Of a stretch of 64,000 bases of DNA, positions 50,708 to 58,931 are shown in pieces. The translations under genes were made by a program, and so were the position numbers. This DNA is from a virus: IMG/VR virus record IMGVR_UViG_3300032893_000763, positions 1 to 64,000 of that record; one strand, given 5' to 3'. Within the stretch, counting starts at the first letter, position 1. Every line of letters starts with the position of its first letter. The notes under the pieces are model-generated. The model did not search any database. It was not told where the DNA came from and was given only the letters and a program-made list of their open reading frames with translations.

Positions 50708-51294
50708 AGGCCCTCGTCCTCGTAGCGCACCCGGACGACGAGACGATCTTCGCCGGGGGAGCGATGCTCTCTAGTCCCGAGATGGAGTGGTCGATCCAGT
50801 GCGTGACGTACTCGGCCGAGAGCGAGCGCGGTAGAGAGTTCTACGCTGCGGTGGATGGCTTCCGCAAGGCGGGCGTCAACATCGGCTTGACGGAGATGCT
50901 CCGGCAGCGCGATCCCGAGGGCGGCGTCATCCCGGCGAGTGTCTACCTCCAGTGGGAGAAGGCCATCCGCGCACACCGCGTGGACGCCGACATCGTGTTC
51001 ACGCACAACCGCCTCGGGGACTACGGCCACCCGCACCACATGGCGGTCAACTCCATCGCGCGGTCGATCTACGGGGGCCGCGTCCCGATGTGCGAGTTCT
51101 TCTACCCCGGCCTCACCGGGGTGGGGTTCCAGCACGGTGGGCACTCGCGGCTGCGTTGTCAGGACACCCGGAAGCTGGACATCTTCAAGGCCGCGTACGG
51201 GCACCGCCTGGACGGGCTCATGTACCATCTCCCTGAGATGATGAACTTCCTGCTCATCGAGTGCGACGAGAGGCACGCTTGCGTATCCTCGTAG
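50704..51294 (+). CDS. PIG-L/LmbE-family GlcNAc deacetylase
   Basis: VAHPDDET...THN..GDYGHPHH. Confidence 0.85.
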   Translation: MKALVLVAHPDDETIFAGGAMLSSPEMEWSIQCVTYSAESERGREFYAAVDGFRKAGVNIGLTEMLRQRDPEGGVIPASVYLQWEKAIRAHRVDADIVFTHNRLGDYGHPHHMAVNSIARSIYGGRVPMCEFFYPGLTGVGFQHGGHSRLRCQDTRKLDIFKAAYGHRLDGLMYHLPEMMNFLLIECDERHACVSS

Positions 51295-52292
51295 ACCGAC
51301 ACCACGCCGACCTCCTCTACTCGCTCCAACGGCTGTTCGAGGATCGGCTCAGGATGAATCTCTACATCCCCATCGGGCACGAGTGGTGGGCCGAGGGCTA
51401 CTGGCAGTTCGGCAGGGTGTTCGGAGACAACCGGCTCGCACAACAGTACCTCGCCCTCCGCGAGGGAGAGTTCCAGGACGCGGGCTCGCATTACGTCACC
51501 TTCGACTCGTCGCACCCGGACAAGCGCATCCGCGCCGTGACCCGCGAGCAGTTCCGCGCGATGGAGTGGGACTTCGTGATGCCGTCCGTGCAGGAGAACC
51601 AGCGCGGCTACCATCGGCTCGCGCAGGAGGTCGGCGCACGCTACCTCTACCAAGTCGGGAACACGGGGCAACACATCGACTGGACGCTCGACCCCCTCGT
51701 GCTCAACACGAGCGAGGCCAAGATCCCCGAGGGCAAGGGTGTGACGATCCATCAGGAGATCGACTCGACGGTGGGGGCGTTCCGCTACCGGCCCGCGATC
51801 CTCGGCAACCCGCGCATCGTCCGCTCGTTCGTCAACGCCTTCGACCGGCTCCCCGGCTACACCGGATTCCTCCAGACGGAGCAGGCGCTCCCGGACTGGC
51901 GCTTCACGGTGCACGGGCACTTCGGCAGGGACGGCAACATCAACCCCGTCGCAGCGATGGGTGAGATGATGTCGAGCGCCGGATGGGGGTGGCACGACAA
52001 GCCGGTGGGTGATGGCTTCGGGCACGTCATCCACTCGTGGGCAGCCGTCGGCCGTCCGCTCATCGGGAGGGCGTGCTTCTACAAGGGCAAGCTGGCCGAG
52101 CCCTTCTGGACGCCCGAGACGAGCATCGACACGACGGGCCGCTCCTTGTCTGATGTCGTCCGGCTCATGGACGAGATCGCCTGCGACACCGGCAGGCACG
52201 CCGCGATGTGCGCCGCGATTCGCGCGACGTTCGACCGGCTCGTGGACTACCCGGCCGAGGCCGAGGCCGTCCGCACTCTCCTCGGAATCTAA
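51279..52292 (+). CDS. Glycosyltransferase-like protein
   Basis: HDKPVGDGFGHVIHSWAAVGRPLI resembles the GT-B EGFG motif. Confidence 0.6.
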   Translation: MRILVDRHHADLLYSLQRLFEDRLRMNLYIPIGHEWWAEGYWQFGRVFGDNRLAQQYLALREGEFQDAGSHYVTFDSSHPDKRIRAVTREQFRAMEWDFVMPSVQENQRGYHRLAQEVGARYLYQVGNTGQHIDWTLDPLVLNTSEAKIPEGKGVTIHQEIDSTVGAFRYRPAILGNPRIVRSFVNAFDRLPGYTGFLQTEQALPDWRFTVHGHFGRDGNINPVAAMGEMMSSAGWGWHDKPVGDGFGHVIHSWAAVGRPLIGRACFYKGKLAEPFWTPETSIDTTGRSLSDVVRLMDEIACDTGRHAAMCAAIRATFDRLVDYPAEAEAVRTLLGI

Positions 52293-52324
52293 CGATTCAC
52301 GCTCCTTTCGTTAGAAAGTAAAGC

Positions 52325-52378
52325 TCACCCTTTCGGGGGATTCCGTTAGCTTGTGCTCGGGTCGATACTTGGGACATG
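52325..52378 (+). promoter_or_regulatory. Tripartite leaderless promoter, copy 9
   Basis: TCACCC-TTTC-GGGGGA, 20 nt, GTCGATACT, ATG at 52376. Confidence 0.75.
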
Positions 52379-53517
52379 ACCAAGACACAAGCCACATACA
52401 CCGACGGCATGGGCTTCACCGATGACGAGTGGGAGCGCATGTGGAACTCCGAGACGGCGACCTCGACCGTGCACCGCGCGAGCGACGACGACGAGGACGC
52501 TTGGCAGGAAGCGTACGACCGGCACTTCGCCGCGAATGGCGACGAGGACGCGGCCATCGACTACGCCGACGCGAAGGTCTACGGCTAGTCATGATCGAGG
52601 TCATCCTCTTTCAGAACGACCGCCAGGTGGCGAGCGCGGAAGCGGACACGGCGGAAGACGCCGTGTTCGCCGCTCGCACAATCTGGCGCGAGCACGAGCA
52701 GGCCAACCGCTACCAAGGCGTGACCCGCGCGATGCGTGCGGTCTTCTACGTGGACGGCACTCTCGTCCGCATGGTCGAAGGGAGACTCCCCTAATGCCCG
52801 TCCCCGGCTTCCCCTACCCCTACCTCATCGACTGCGGCGAGGACGACGAGCCCGAGTACGACTTCAACGCGGCCGACCTCTACGATGACTTCGAGCCGCT
52901 GGAGGACTACGATGCCGAGTAGCTTCCCGACGATCATCGTCCCCGGCCGCAAGCTCACGAGCGCCGAGTGCTTGGCGAAGGCCGAGGAGACGAAGGCGGA
53001 CATCGAACGCTGCTACGCGGGCGAGACACGCGACCATCTCGTCAAGGAGTACATCGGATGGCTCCGCCTTGCGAAGGAGCGAGCGTGAAGCCCCGGCCCG
53101 AGATCGGCTCCGAGAACTGGCTCCGCGAGCAACTCGCCAAGGGGCTCGGCCCCGACGAGCGCGACCGGCCGAATCCCCCTTCCGGGGGAGGCGGTCGAGG
53201 CGCGGGTGGCCGATACTAGGTACATGAGCAACTCACACACCCCCACCTTCCGCGTCGAGTTCTCCGGCGTCATCGTCCTCACCGGCACCGAGGCCAAGCG
53301 TGTCTCGTACACCCCGGCCGCGTGGGACTGCAAGCAGTCCGGCAAGCCTTCCGACGAGACGCTCGCCACGTACGTCCGTGGCGTCGAGGACTCCACCCTC
53401 CCCGGTGGCGTCAACGAGCATCTCGGCGTGACCCGCATCTCCCGCGCCAAGGTCGTCCGGCAGTCCACGGACGAGGTTGTCGCCACCTACGGCGCTCCCA
53501 CCTTCCAGGTCATCTAA
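52376..53517 (+). other. Two cassettes of small hypothetical genes (including 52376-52588, 52591-52794, 53224-53517)
   Basis: Promoter-defined starts, closed by hairpin 53551-53572. Confidence 0.65.
53174..53226 (+). promoter_or_regulatory. Tripartite leaderless promoter, copy 10
   Basis: TCCCCC-TTCC-GGGGGA, 19 nt, GCCGATACT, ATG at 53224. Confidence 0.8.
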
Positions 53518-53599
53518 CCCTCCTCCTCCTCCTCCTCAGATGACCGCTCCGAGGCCCGCTCCGGCGGGCCTCTCCGCGTCCGGGTGCTAGAATCAGGGC

Positions 53600-53830
53600 A
53601 TGGCACTCGTCACGAAGGTCGTGTCGCTGGACGACACCGGCAAGGGAGACATCACCGTCGCCCCGATGTTCTACGTCGGCTCCAAGGGCGCAGCGGGCGT
53701 CACCAACGACGGCGATGCGCTCGGCACGGCGCTCCTGACCCCGAGCACCGCTCGCTTCGTGGTCGGAGACATCCACGTCTACGGCGGTGCCGCAGACGGG
53801 GAGTGCTCCCTGTACTTCATCCAGGACTAG
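53600..53830 (+). CDS. Small probable virion protein
   Basis: Leaderless TAGAAT-N6-ATG start. Confidence 0.6.
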   Translation: MALVTKVVSLDDTGKGDITVAPMFYVGSKGAAGVTNDGDALGTALLTPSTARFVVGDIHVYGGAADGECSLYFIQD

Positions 53831-53833
53831 CCC

Positions 53834-54397
53834 TTGCCTTGGTTGGTCGTCCTCGGGACGGGCTCGTGGTGTGACCCTGCCGTCTCCCGGCAGACGTTCC
53901 GCGCCTCCTACTGCAAGAAGAAGGGCACCGGCTACAAGGTCGAGGAGGACATCGCGGAGGCGGCTCGGGCCACCGGCTATTGGTGGCTCCAGGTCTACCC
54001 CGACGAGATGGAGCCCGAGCTTGACGTGAGCGATCCCTCCGGCCCGCTCACGCTCGAAGACGTGAAGACCGGGCTCGCCCCCGGCGTCCGGCTCCAGGTG
54101 ATCGAGGGAGGCGGAGAGCCCGAGGAGGAGTACCAAGACCCCGAGGCCCCGCCGCTGGAGCACGCCTGCCAGTGGTGCCCGCGCCGCTTCCCCTCGTCCG
54201 GCGCTCTCGGGCGGCACGTCGAGTTCGAGCACACCCTCGCGCACGAGGCCGACATCGCCGCGAGCATCGAGCACCACCGCAAGCGCATGGCGGAGAAGAC
54301 CGCGCTCCGGCGGCTGGAGGACTACGACGAGCCTCTGCCTCCGTGGGAGCGCGAGGCCGTCGAGCAGGGGCCGACGATCCCGCCGGAGGTAGAATAG
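53834..54397 (+). CDS. Hypothetical protein with C2H2 zinc-finger-like motif
   Basis: CQWCPRRFPSSGALGRHVEFEH. Confidence 0.6.
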   Translation: MPWLVVLGTGSWCDPAVSRQTFRASYCKKKGTGYKVEEDIAEAARATGYWWLQVYPDEMEPELDVSDPSGPLTLEDVKTGLAPGVRLQVIEGGGEPEEEYQDPEAPPLEHACQWCPRRFPSSGALGRHVEFEHTLAHEADIAASIEHHRKRMAEKTALRRLEDYDEPLPPWEREAVEQGPTIPPEVE

Positions 54398-54401
54398 GGT
54401 C

Positions 54402-55058
54402 ATGCCTCAGAAGCTCGCCTCTCTGGAGGATGTCAACCGCATCCTCGGCTACAACACCGGGGACGACACCGGCCGGGACGCGAAGATCCGCGCCGAGCTT
54501 GCGGCCGTTGAGTCGTGGGCCGACACGGCCCTCTGGAACATCAGCGCCGAGGGGCCGAACGTCGAGTCGTACTTCGACGTGTACGAGGACGGCACTCTCT
54601 ACCTGCCTGCGGGCGACCTCACCGTCACCAAGGTGAAGATCATCCCGTACGCCGCAGGTGATGACTCGTTCTACTACATCTACGTCAACTCGGAGGCCGG
54701 GAGCCTCGGGGGCTACGACCTCGATGACCAGGGCCGTCTCTATCTCCGGCCGATGCGCACCGTCACCCCGTTCGAGGGCGCTCGGGCCGACCGGCTCATG
54801 AAGGTCTACGCTCGCGTGGACGTGCACTACATCGGCACGGGCGTCGTGCCTCGTGCCGTCACCGAGGGCATCGCCTTCCTCGCAGCGGGCTACCACGCCT
54901 ACGGGCCGAAGGCGCTGGAGGCCATCAAGTCCGAGAAGATCGGGGACTACAGCTACACGCTCGCGGGCGTGTCCGGCGACGAGGAGCTTCCGTACATCCG
55001 CCAGGCGTACTTCTTCCTGAACAGGTACATGCGGACGATGCGTGTTCGGATGTGCTAA
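54402..55058 (+). CDS. Head-to-tail adaptor
   Basis: LASLEDV...VPRAV...IKSEKIGDYSY. Confidence 0.75.
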   Translation: MPQKLASLEDVNRILGYNTGDDTGRDAKIRAELAAVESWADTALWNISAEGPNVESYFDVYEDGTLYLPAGDLTVTKVKIIPYAAGDDSFYYIYVNSEAGSLGGYDLDDQGRLYLRPMRTVTPFEGARADRLMKVYARVDVHYIGTGVVPRAVTEGIAFLAAGYHAYGPKALEAIKSEKIGDYSYTLAGVSGDEELPYIRQAYFFLNRYMRTMRVRMC

Positions 55059-55478
55059 GTGAGCTTCTCGCGGCTCCTCATTCACAAGCTGGAGGTCTAC
55101 CGGCGGGAGAAGGACGGCGATGGCAACCCGCTCGTGGATCGGTTCGGGCAGGAGTTGTCGATCAACCCGCGCGATCATCAGGTGGACGGCGAGACGCTCG
55201 TCCACACCTACCCCTGCCGTGCGTACATGAAGTCCGGGGGCCTGCTCATGAATGAGCGGATGGTGGACACATTCGAGCGGTACTTCGTCGTCTACACCGA
55301 CGTGGACGTGGACATCCGCGAGGACGACGCCCTCCGGTGCATGGGCGTGGACGGCCACATCATCTTCGGGCTCCTCAAGATCAAGGACTCTGAGACGAAG
55401 TACGACTCACGCGGCCCGCACCACTGCGAGTTCACCGTGTGGGAGCAGGCCGGGCCGGGCCTGGCCGCAGGAGTCTAG
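55059..55478 (+). CDS. Head closure (stopper) protein
   Basis: Synteny; D.DIREDD...HHCE. Confidence 0.6.
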   Translation: MSFSRLLIHKLEVYRREKDGDGNPLVDRFGQELSINPRDHQVDGETLVHTYPCRAYMKSGGLLMNERMVDTFERYFVVYTDVDVDIREDDALRCMGVDGHIIFGLLKIKDSETKYDSRGPHHCEFTVWEQAGPGLAAGV

Positions 55479-55480
55479 GC

Positions 55481-55894
55481 GTGGCGATGGTAGCCCGCTC
55501 ATGGGAGGGCCTCGGGATCGCGCAGAAGATCGACCGCGCAGGAGGCCGTGCCATCGTCGGCATCGGGCTCGCGGCAGCGGTCGAGACGAAGCGGGTCACA
55601 CACCGGCTCACCGGCACGCTCATGCGCTCGGTGCACGTGGCCCCGATTGGGGAGTACCACGACAGCGACGAGGACGAGGCTCACACCGCCGACCTCATGC
55701 TCACCGCCGAGAACCTCCACGCCACGCAGACGCCTATCGGCCAGGTGGTCGAGGTCGGCTCGTGGATCTCCTACGCCTGCGTCGAGTGGGTCGGCCGGAT
55801 GCACCCCGGCGTGACGCAGGGCATCGAGATGGTGCGTGGCGGGCGCTCGGATGCTATCGTGGCTCAAGCGTTCCGCGAGGAAGGACTCCTGTAG
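55481..55894 (+). CDS. Neck protein (HK97 gp10-like)
   Basis: TGTLMRSV...VGS.ISYA.VE. Confidence 0.6.
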   Translation: MAMVARSWEGLGIAQKIDRAGGRAIVGIGLAAAVETKRVTHRLTGTLMRSVHVAPIGEYHDSDEDEAHTADLMLTAENLHATQTPIGQVVEVGSWISYACVEWVGRMHPGVTQGIEMVRGGRSDAIVAQAFREEGLL

Positions 55895-56374
55895 ATGCCG
55901 TCCGGCTTGCCCCCCATCTCACCCGCCGAGCTTACCCGCGACCTCATCACGCGGTACGGCGAGGTCATCGTCAACGAGGGCTACACCGTCAAGGTCGGCC
56001 CGGCGAACGACACCGAGCAACAGGCGGGCGTCATCTCGCTCATGTCGGCGGGCCTGCCGATGATCGAGAAGTACGCCCCGCTCCAGTGGTACCGGGCGCA
56101 GGCGCGGTGTCTCGCGGGCGACCTCGCCACCGCCGACCTGCTCGCGCAGGCAGTGCAACGCGACGTGCACGGGCGCGGACGCAGCCTGTGCTTCCAGACG
56201 GCGAACCCGGCGTACCCGGACGACACCGGCCAGTGGTTCCTCATCCACATGGCGAACATCACCGTCGGCCCGTCGATGCACTACGACTCGCCCGAGACGT
56301 GGGAGACGCTCATGTTCGCGGAGTTGATGATCGGGAACGTGCCGGTGGCGACCGGCCCCGAATACCCCTTCTAG
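55895..56374 (+). CDS. Tail terminator
   Basis: Synteny and size. Confidence 0.55.
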   Translation: MPSGLPPISPAELTRDLITRYGEVIVNEGYTVKVGPANDTEQQAGVISLMSAGLPMIEKYAPLQWYRAQARCLAGDLATADLLAQAVQRDVHGRGRSLCFQTANPAYPDDTGQWFLIHMANITVGPSMHYDSPETWETLMFAELMIGNVPVATGPEYPF

Positions 56375-56415
56375 GGGATGCGCCCGGCGTATCGAGTACC
56401 GATACTCGATACATG
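56363..56415 (+). promoter_or_regulatory. Tripartite leaderless promoter, copy 11 (degenerate)
   Basis: TACCCC-TTCT-AGGGGA, 19 nt, ACCGATACT, ATG at 56413. Confidence 0.65.
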
Positions 56416-56661
56416 AAGGCAATCACCCCGAAGGAGACGAACTCGATGGCACGCATGATGGACTTGCTCCCCTCCGGCGCAGGCAACTCGCTCGCGCTCG
56501 TTGACCTGATTCAGCGCCGCGTCCGCGAGTCGGACGCCCCCAACGCCGACACCGCGCTCAACGACCGGCTCGTGGGTTGCGCCCGGTACCTCGGCATCTC
56601 CGACGAGGACATCAAGGACGCACTTCTCTCCGATCAGATGCTCGTCATCTACGAGCCCTAG
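56413..56661 (+). CDS. Hypothetical moron protein
   Basis: Promoter-defined start; hairpin 56731-56752 follows. Confidence 0.6.
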   Translation: MKAITPKETNSMARMMDLLPSGAGNSLALVDLIQRRVRESDAPNADTALNDRLVGCARYLGISDEDIKDALLSDQMLVIYEP

Positions 56662-56815
56662 ACCGCGCGGGCCGACAGTCCGCTAAGGACGGGAGAGGCA
56701 GGGGACTCGATAGTCCATCCCGTCGCCCGAGAGCCCCGCGAGAGCGGGGCTCGTCGCGTCTTCCGGGGAACCTCGTGTGTTGCGTACACCCTTTTCCGGG
56801 GAACCCCGTCGCGTT

Positions 56816-56992
56816 CTATGCAGAAGACGACGGACGCCCCGGCCGACGCATCTCAACTCCGGCGGCGTGCAGATGCTTGAGCACCGTCGTGCGTGAGCAG
56901 CGCAGATGTCGAGCCGTCCGGCGTGTCGAGCCATAGAACGTGTACCACTTGATGATGAGCTTCGTGTGCTCGGGATCGAGGCTGCGCGGCAT
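56816..56992 (-). CDS. 58-aa HTH DNA-binding protein
   Basis: GSTRRTARHLRCSRTTVLKHL..AGVEMRRPGRP; leaderless TACCAT-N6-ATG. Confidence 0.65.
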   Translation of the reverse strand: MPRSLDPEHTKLIIKWYTFYGSTRRTARHLRCSRTTVLKHLHAAGVEMRRPGRPSSSA

Positions 56993-57049
56993 GAGGAAAT
57001 GGTACAGGAATGTCAGGCGGACGGGAGAGGGGGCTACCCTCTGTGTGAC

Positions 57050-57427
57050 ATGGCGACTCCGTACCCCACGCAGCCCGACGACGCGGGCACCGCGCTTCTG
57101 TTCCCGCCGCACGACGGCGTGTACGCGGGCGATGTCTCGGCCCCGGATCTCTCGAAGGCCGCGTCGGCGCTGTACTTCGGTGACGAGTCCCGCTGGCCCG
57201 CGACGGACGGCGGCTCCATCGTGCCGCTCCCGACGCACATGGTGGACTCGCCGGACGCTGCGGCGCTCGCCAACTACATCGCGCAGAACCTCCCGCTCGG
57301 CGCGGCCGACACGTGGGGCCATCAGGCTGCCCCGGTCACGGAGCACGCTCCGTACGTGAACCCGGCCAACTGCGTCGAGCCGGACGCCGTGTACGCACTC
57401 AACTGGCTGTACGACCACGCTCTCTAG
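57050..57427 (+). CDS. Probable virion protein
   Basis: Acidic, immediately before the tail tube gene. Confidence 0.55.
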   Translation: MATPYPTQPDDAGTALLFPPHDGVYAGDVSAPDLSKAASALYFGDESRWPATDGGSIVPLPTHMVDSPDAAALANYIAQNLPLGAADTWGHQAAPVTEHAPYVNPANCVEPDAVYALNWLYDHAL

Positions 57428-57431
57428 GCCG

Positions 57432-58022
57432 ATGGCGAACACCGCCCCTTACGAGATCCTGGCCGGGCCGCTCGACGTGTACTTCTCGGCAACCGGCACC
57501 GCCTTCCCTGGCATCGGCGTCACGGACGAAGCGATCAAGGAGGGTGGTACCTGGACGTACGTCGGCTACACCGAAGGGGGCGTGAAGGTGGCCCATCCCC
57601 AAACGATTGTCGAGTTGAGGGCGGATCAAGTCACAGGGCCTATCAAGGCCGTCCGCTCCGAGGAGGGCCTGGAGATCACCTTCGACCTGGCGAGTCTTAC
57701 GCTCGAAAACTACGCTCTTGCGCTGAACCAGGCCATCGCAGGCCCGGACATCAGCACCCCCGGCGAGAAGTCGCTGCCGCTCTATCGCGGTGGCTTCCAG
57801 GTCGAGACGCTCTCGCTCCTCTGCCGCCAGGGCCATCTCTCGCCGTACGGCGACGAGGCGCTCCAGTTCGAGGTTCCGGTTTGCTTCAACGAGGGCAGCC
57901 CGGAGGACACCTTCACGAAGGACAACAAGGCCGTTTTGTCTGTGAGTTTTCACGCCTTGGTCGATCCGAACCGTTCGAGCGACACCGAGGCGTTCGGTCG
58001 CGTCCGCGCGGCCACCCCGTAA
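57432..58022 (+). CDS. Major tail (tube) protein
   Basis: ILAGP.DVY...VGYTEGGV...DQ...ASLTLENY.LAL. Confidence 0.8.
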   Translation: MANTAPYEILAGPLDVYFSATGTAFPGIGVTDEAIKEGGTWTYVGYTEGGVKVAHPQTIVELRADQVTGPIKAVRSEEGLEITFDLASLTLENYALALNQAIAGPDISTPGEKSLPLYRGGFQVETLSLLCRQGHLSPYGDEALQFEVPVCFNEGSPEDTFTKDNKAVLSVSFHALVDPNRSSDTEAFGRVRAATP

Positions 58023-58243
58023 CCACCCACCCCTAGCCCGCGAGGGCAACGACGGAGGCACGGCCACTTGGCGCAGCCCGACCACATCGAGATCAACGCC
58101 ACTCCGGCACGGAGACTCGTCAAGCGGGCGATGCGCGACCTGGACGAGGCCAACAAGGAACTCGCCCGGCTCGAAGCTCGGGTGCAGGAGTTGGAGGCTC
58201 GGCTCGCAGCCGAGTACGGCATCTCGATCATCAAGGAGAAGAC

Positions 58244-58603
58244 ATGACGGACTACGCACTCAGCTTCACCACTTCCCTCTCGCCCACCAAGAAGTTCCTC
58301 GTGGACGGCGAGGAGTTCGACCTGCTCGGGCTCGACCATCTCTCCGACGAGGAGGAGGCCGAGGTCATGGCGCTGTTCGCGCGGTTCAACCTGCTCCAGG
58401 AGGAACTCGCCATGACGGCGAACGTCGAGAAGGGCAAGGGCGTGGCCGCGAAGATCCAGACGGCGCGGCTCGCCATCGTCTGCAAGCTCACGTCCCTCAC
58501 GCCCGAGGTCGCCGCGAAGCTCTCGCTGCCGCAGGTGACGAAGCTCATGGAAACCATCGAGGCAGAGATCGAGGCGAAGGTCGAGTCCGAGGGTGGCGAG
58601 TAA
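58244..58603 (+). CDS. Tail assembly chaperone
   Basis: Synteny between tube and tape measure genes. Confidence 0.65.
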   Translation: MTDYALSFTTSLSPTKKFLVDGEEFDLLGLDHLSDEEEAEVMALFARFNLLQEELAMTANVEKGKGVAAKIQTARLAIVCKLTSLTPEVAAKLSLPQVTKLMETIEAEIEAKVESEGGE

Positions 58604-58919
58604 GCGAGTCACCCTCCGGGACTACCCGCGTCTGACGCGGTTCTACGGCATCCCGCCGAAGGACTTGGCGCGGATGCCCAAGGCGCTCGTACGCATCTAC
58701 GCCGAGGAGCTTCCGATCCTCCAGGCCGAGGAGATGCTGCTCGCCTTCCTGGCGTCCGAGATGCCCTACCTCGACACGAAGGAGCACCACCGGATCAAGG
58801 CCCGGTTCATGTTCCTCGCAGGGATCGAGGAGGAGGTCGAGCGTCTCGATCCGAACAGCGACGAGGGCAAGGCCAAGGCGGCGGCTCTCGGTATCGGCGT
58901 CAACACCGACCGGGGATAG
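58593..58919 (+). CDS. Second tail assembly chaperone (gpT-like)
   Basis: Overlaps the first chaperone; FYGIPP.DL.RMP. Confidence 0.6.
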   Translation: MASKRVTLRDYPRLTRFYGIPPKDLARMPKALVRIYAEELPILQAEEMLLAFLASEMPYLDTKEHHRIKARFMFLAGIEEEVERLDPNSDEGKAKAAALGIGVNTDRG

Positions 58920-58931
58920 AGTCCTAGTACG

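Noticed and set aside
13632-56415. Tripartite motif as integron attC, CRISPR repeat or recombination site
   Set aside because: Fixed distance to start codons, variable spacer sequence and no recombinase or cas gene in the window fit a promoter better. A secondary role in cassette shuffling cannot be excluded.
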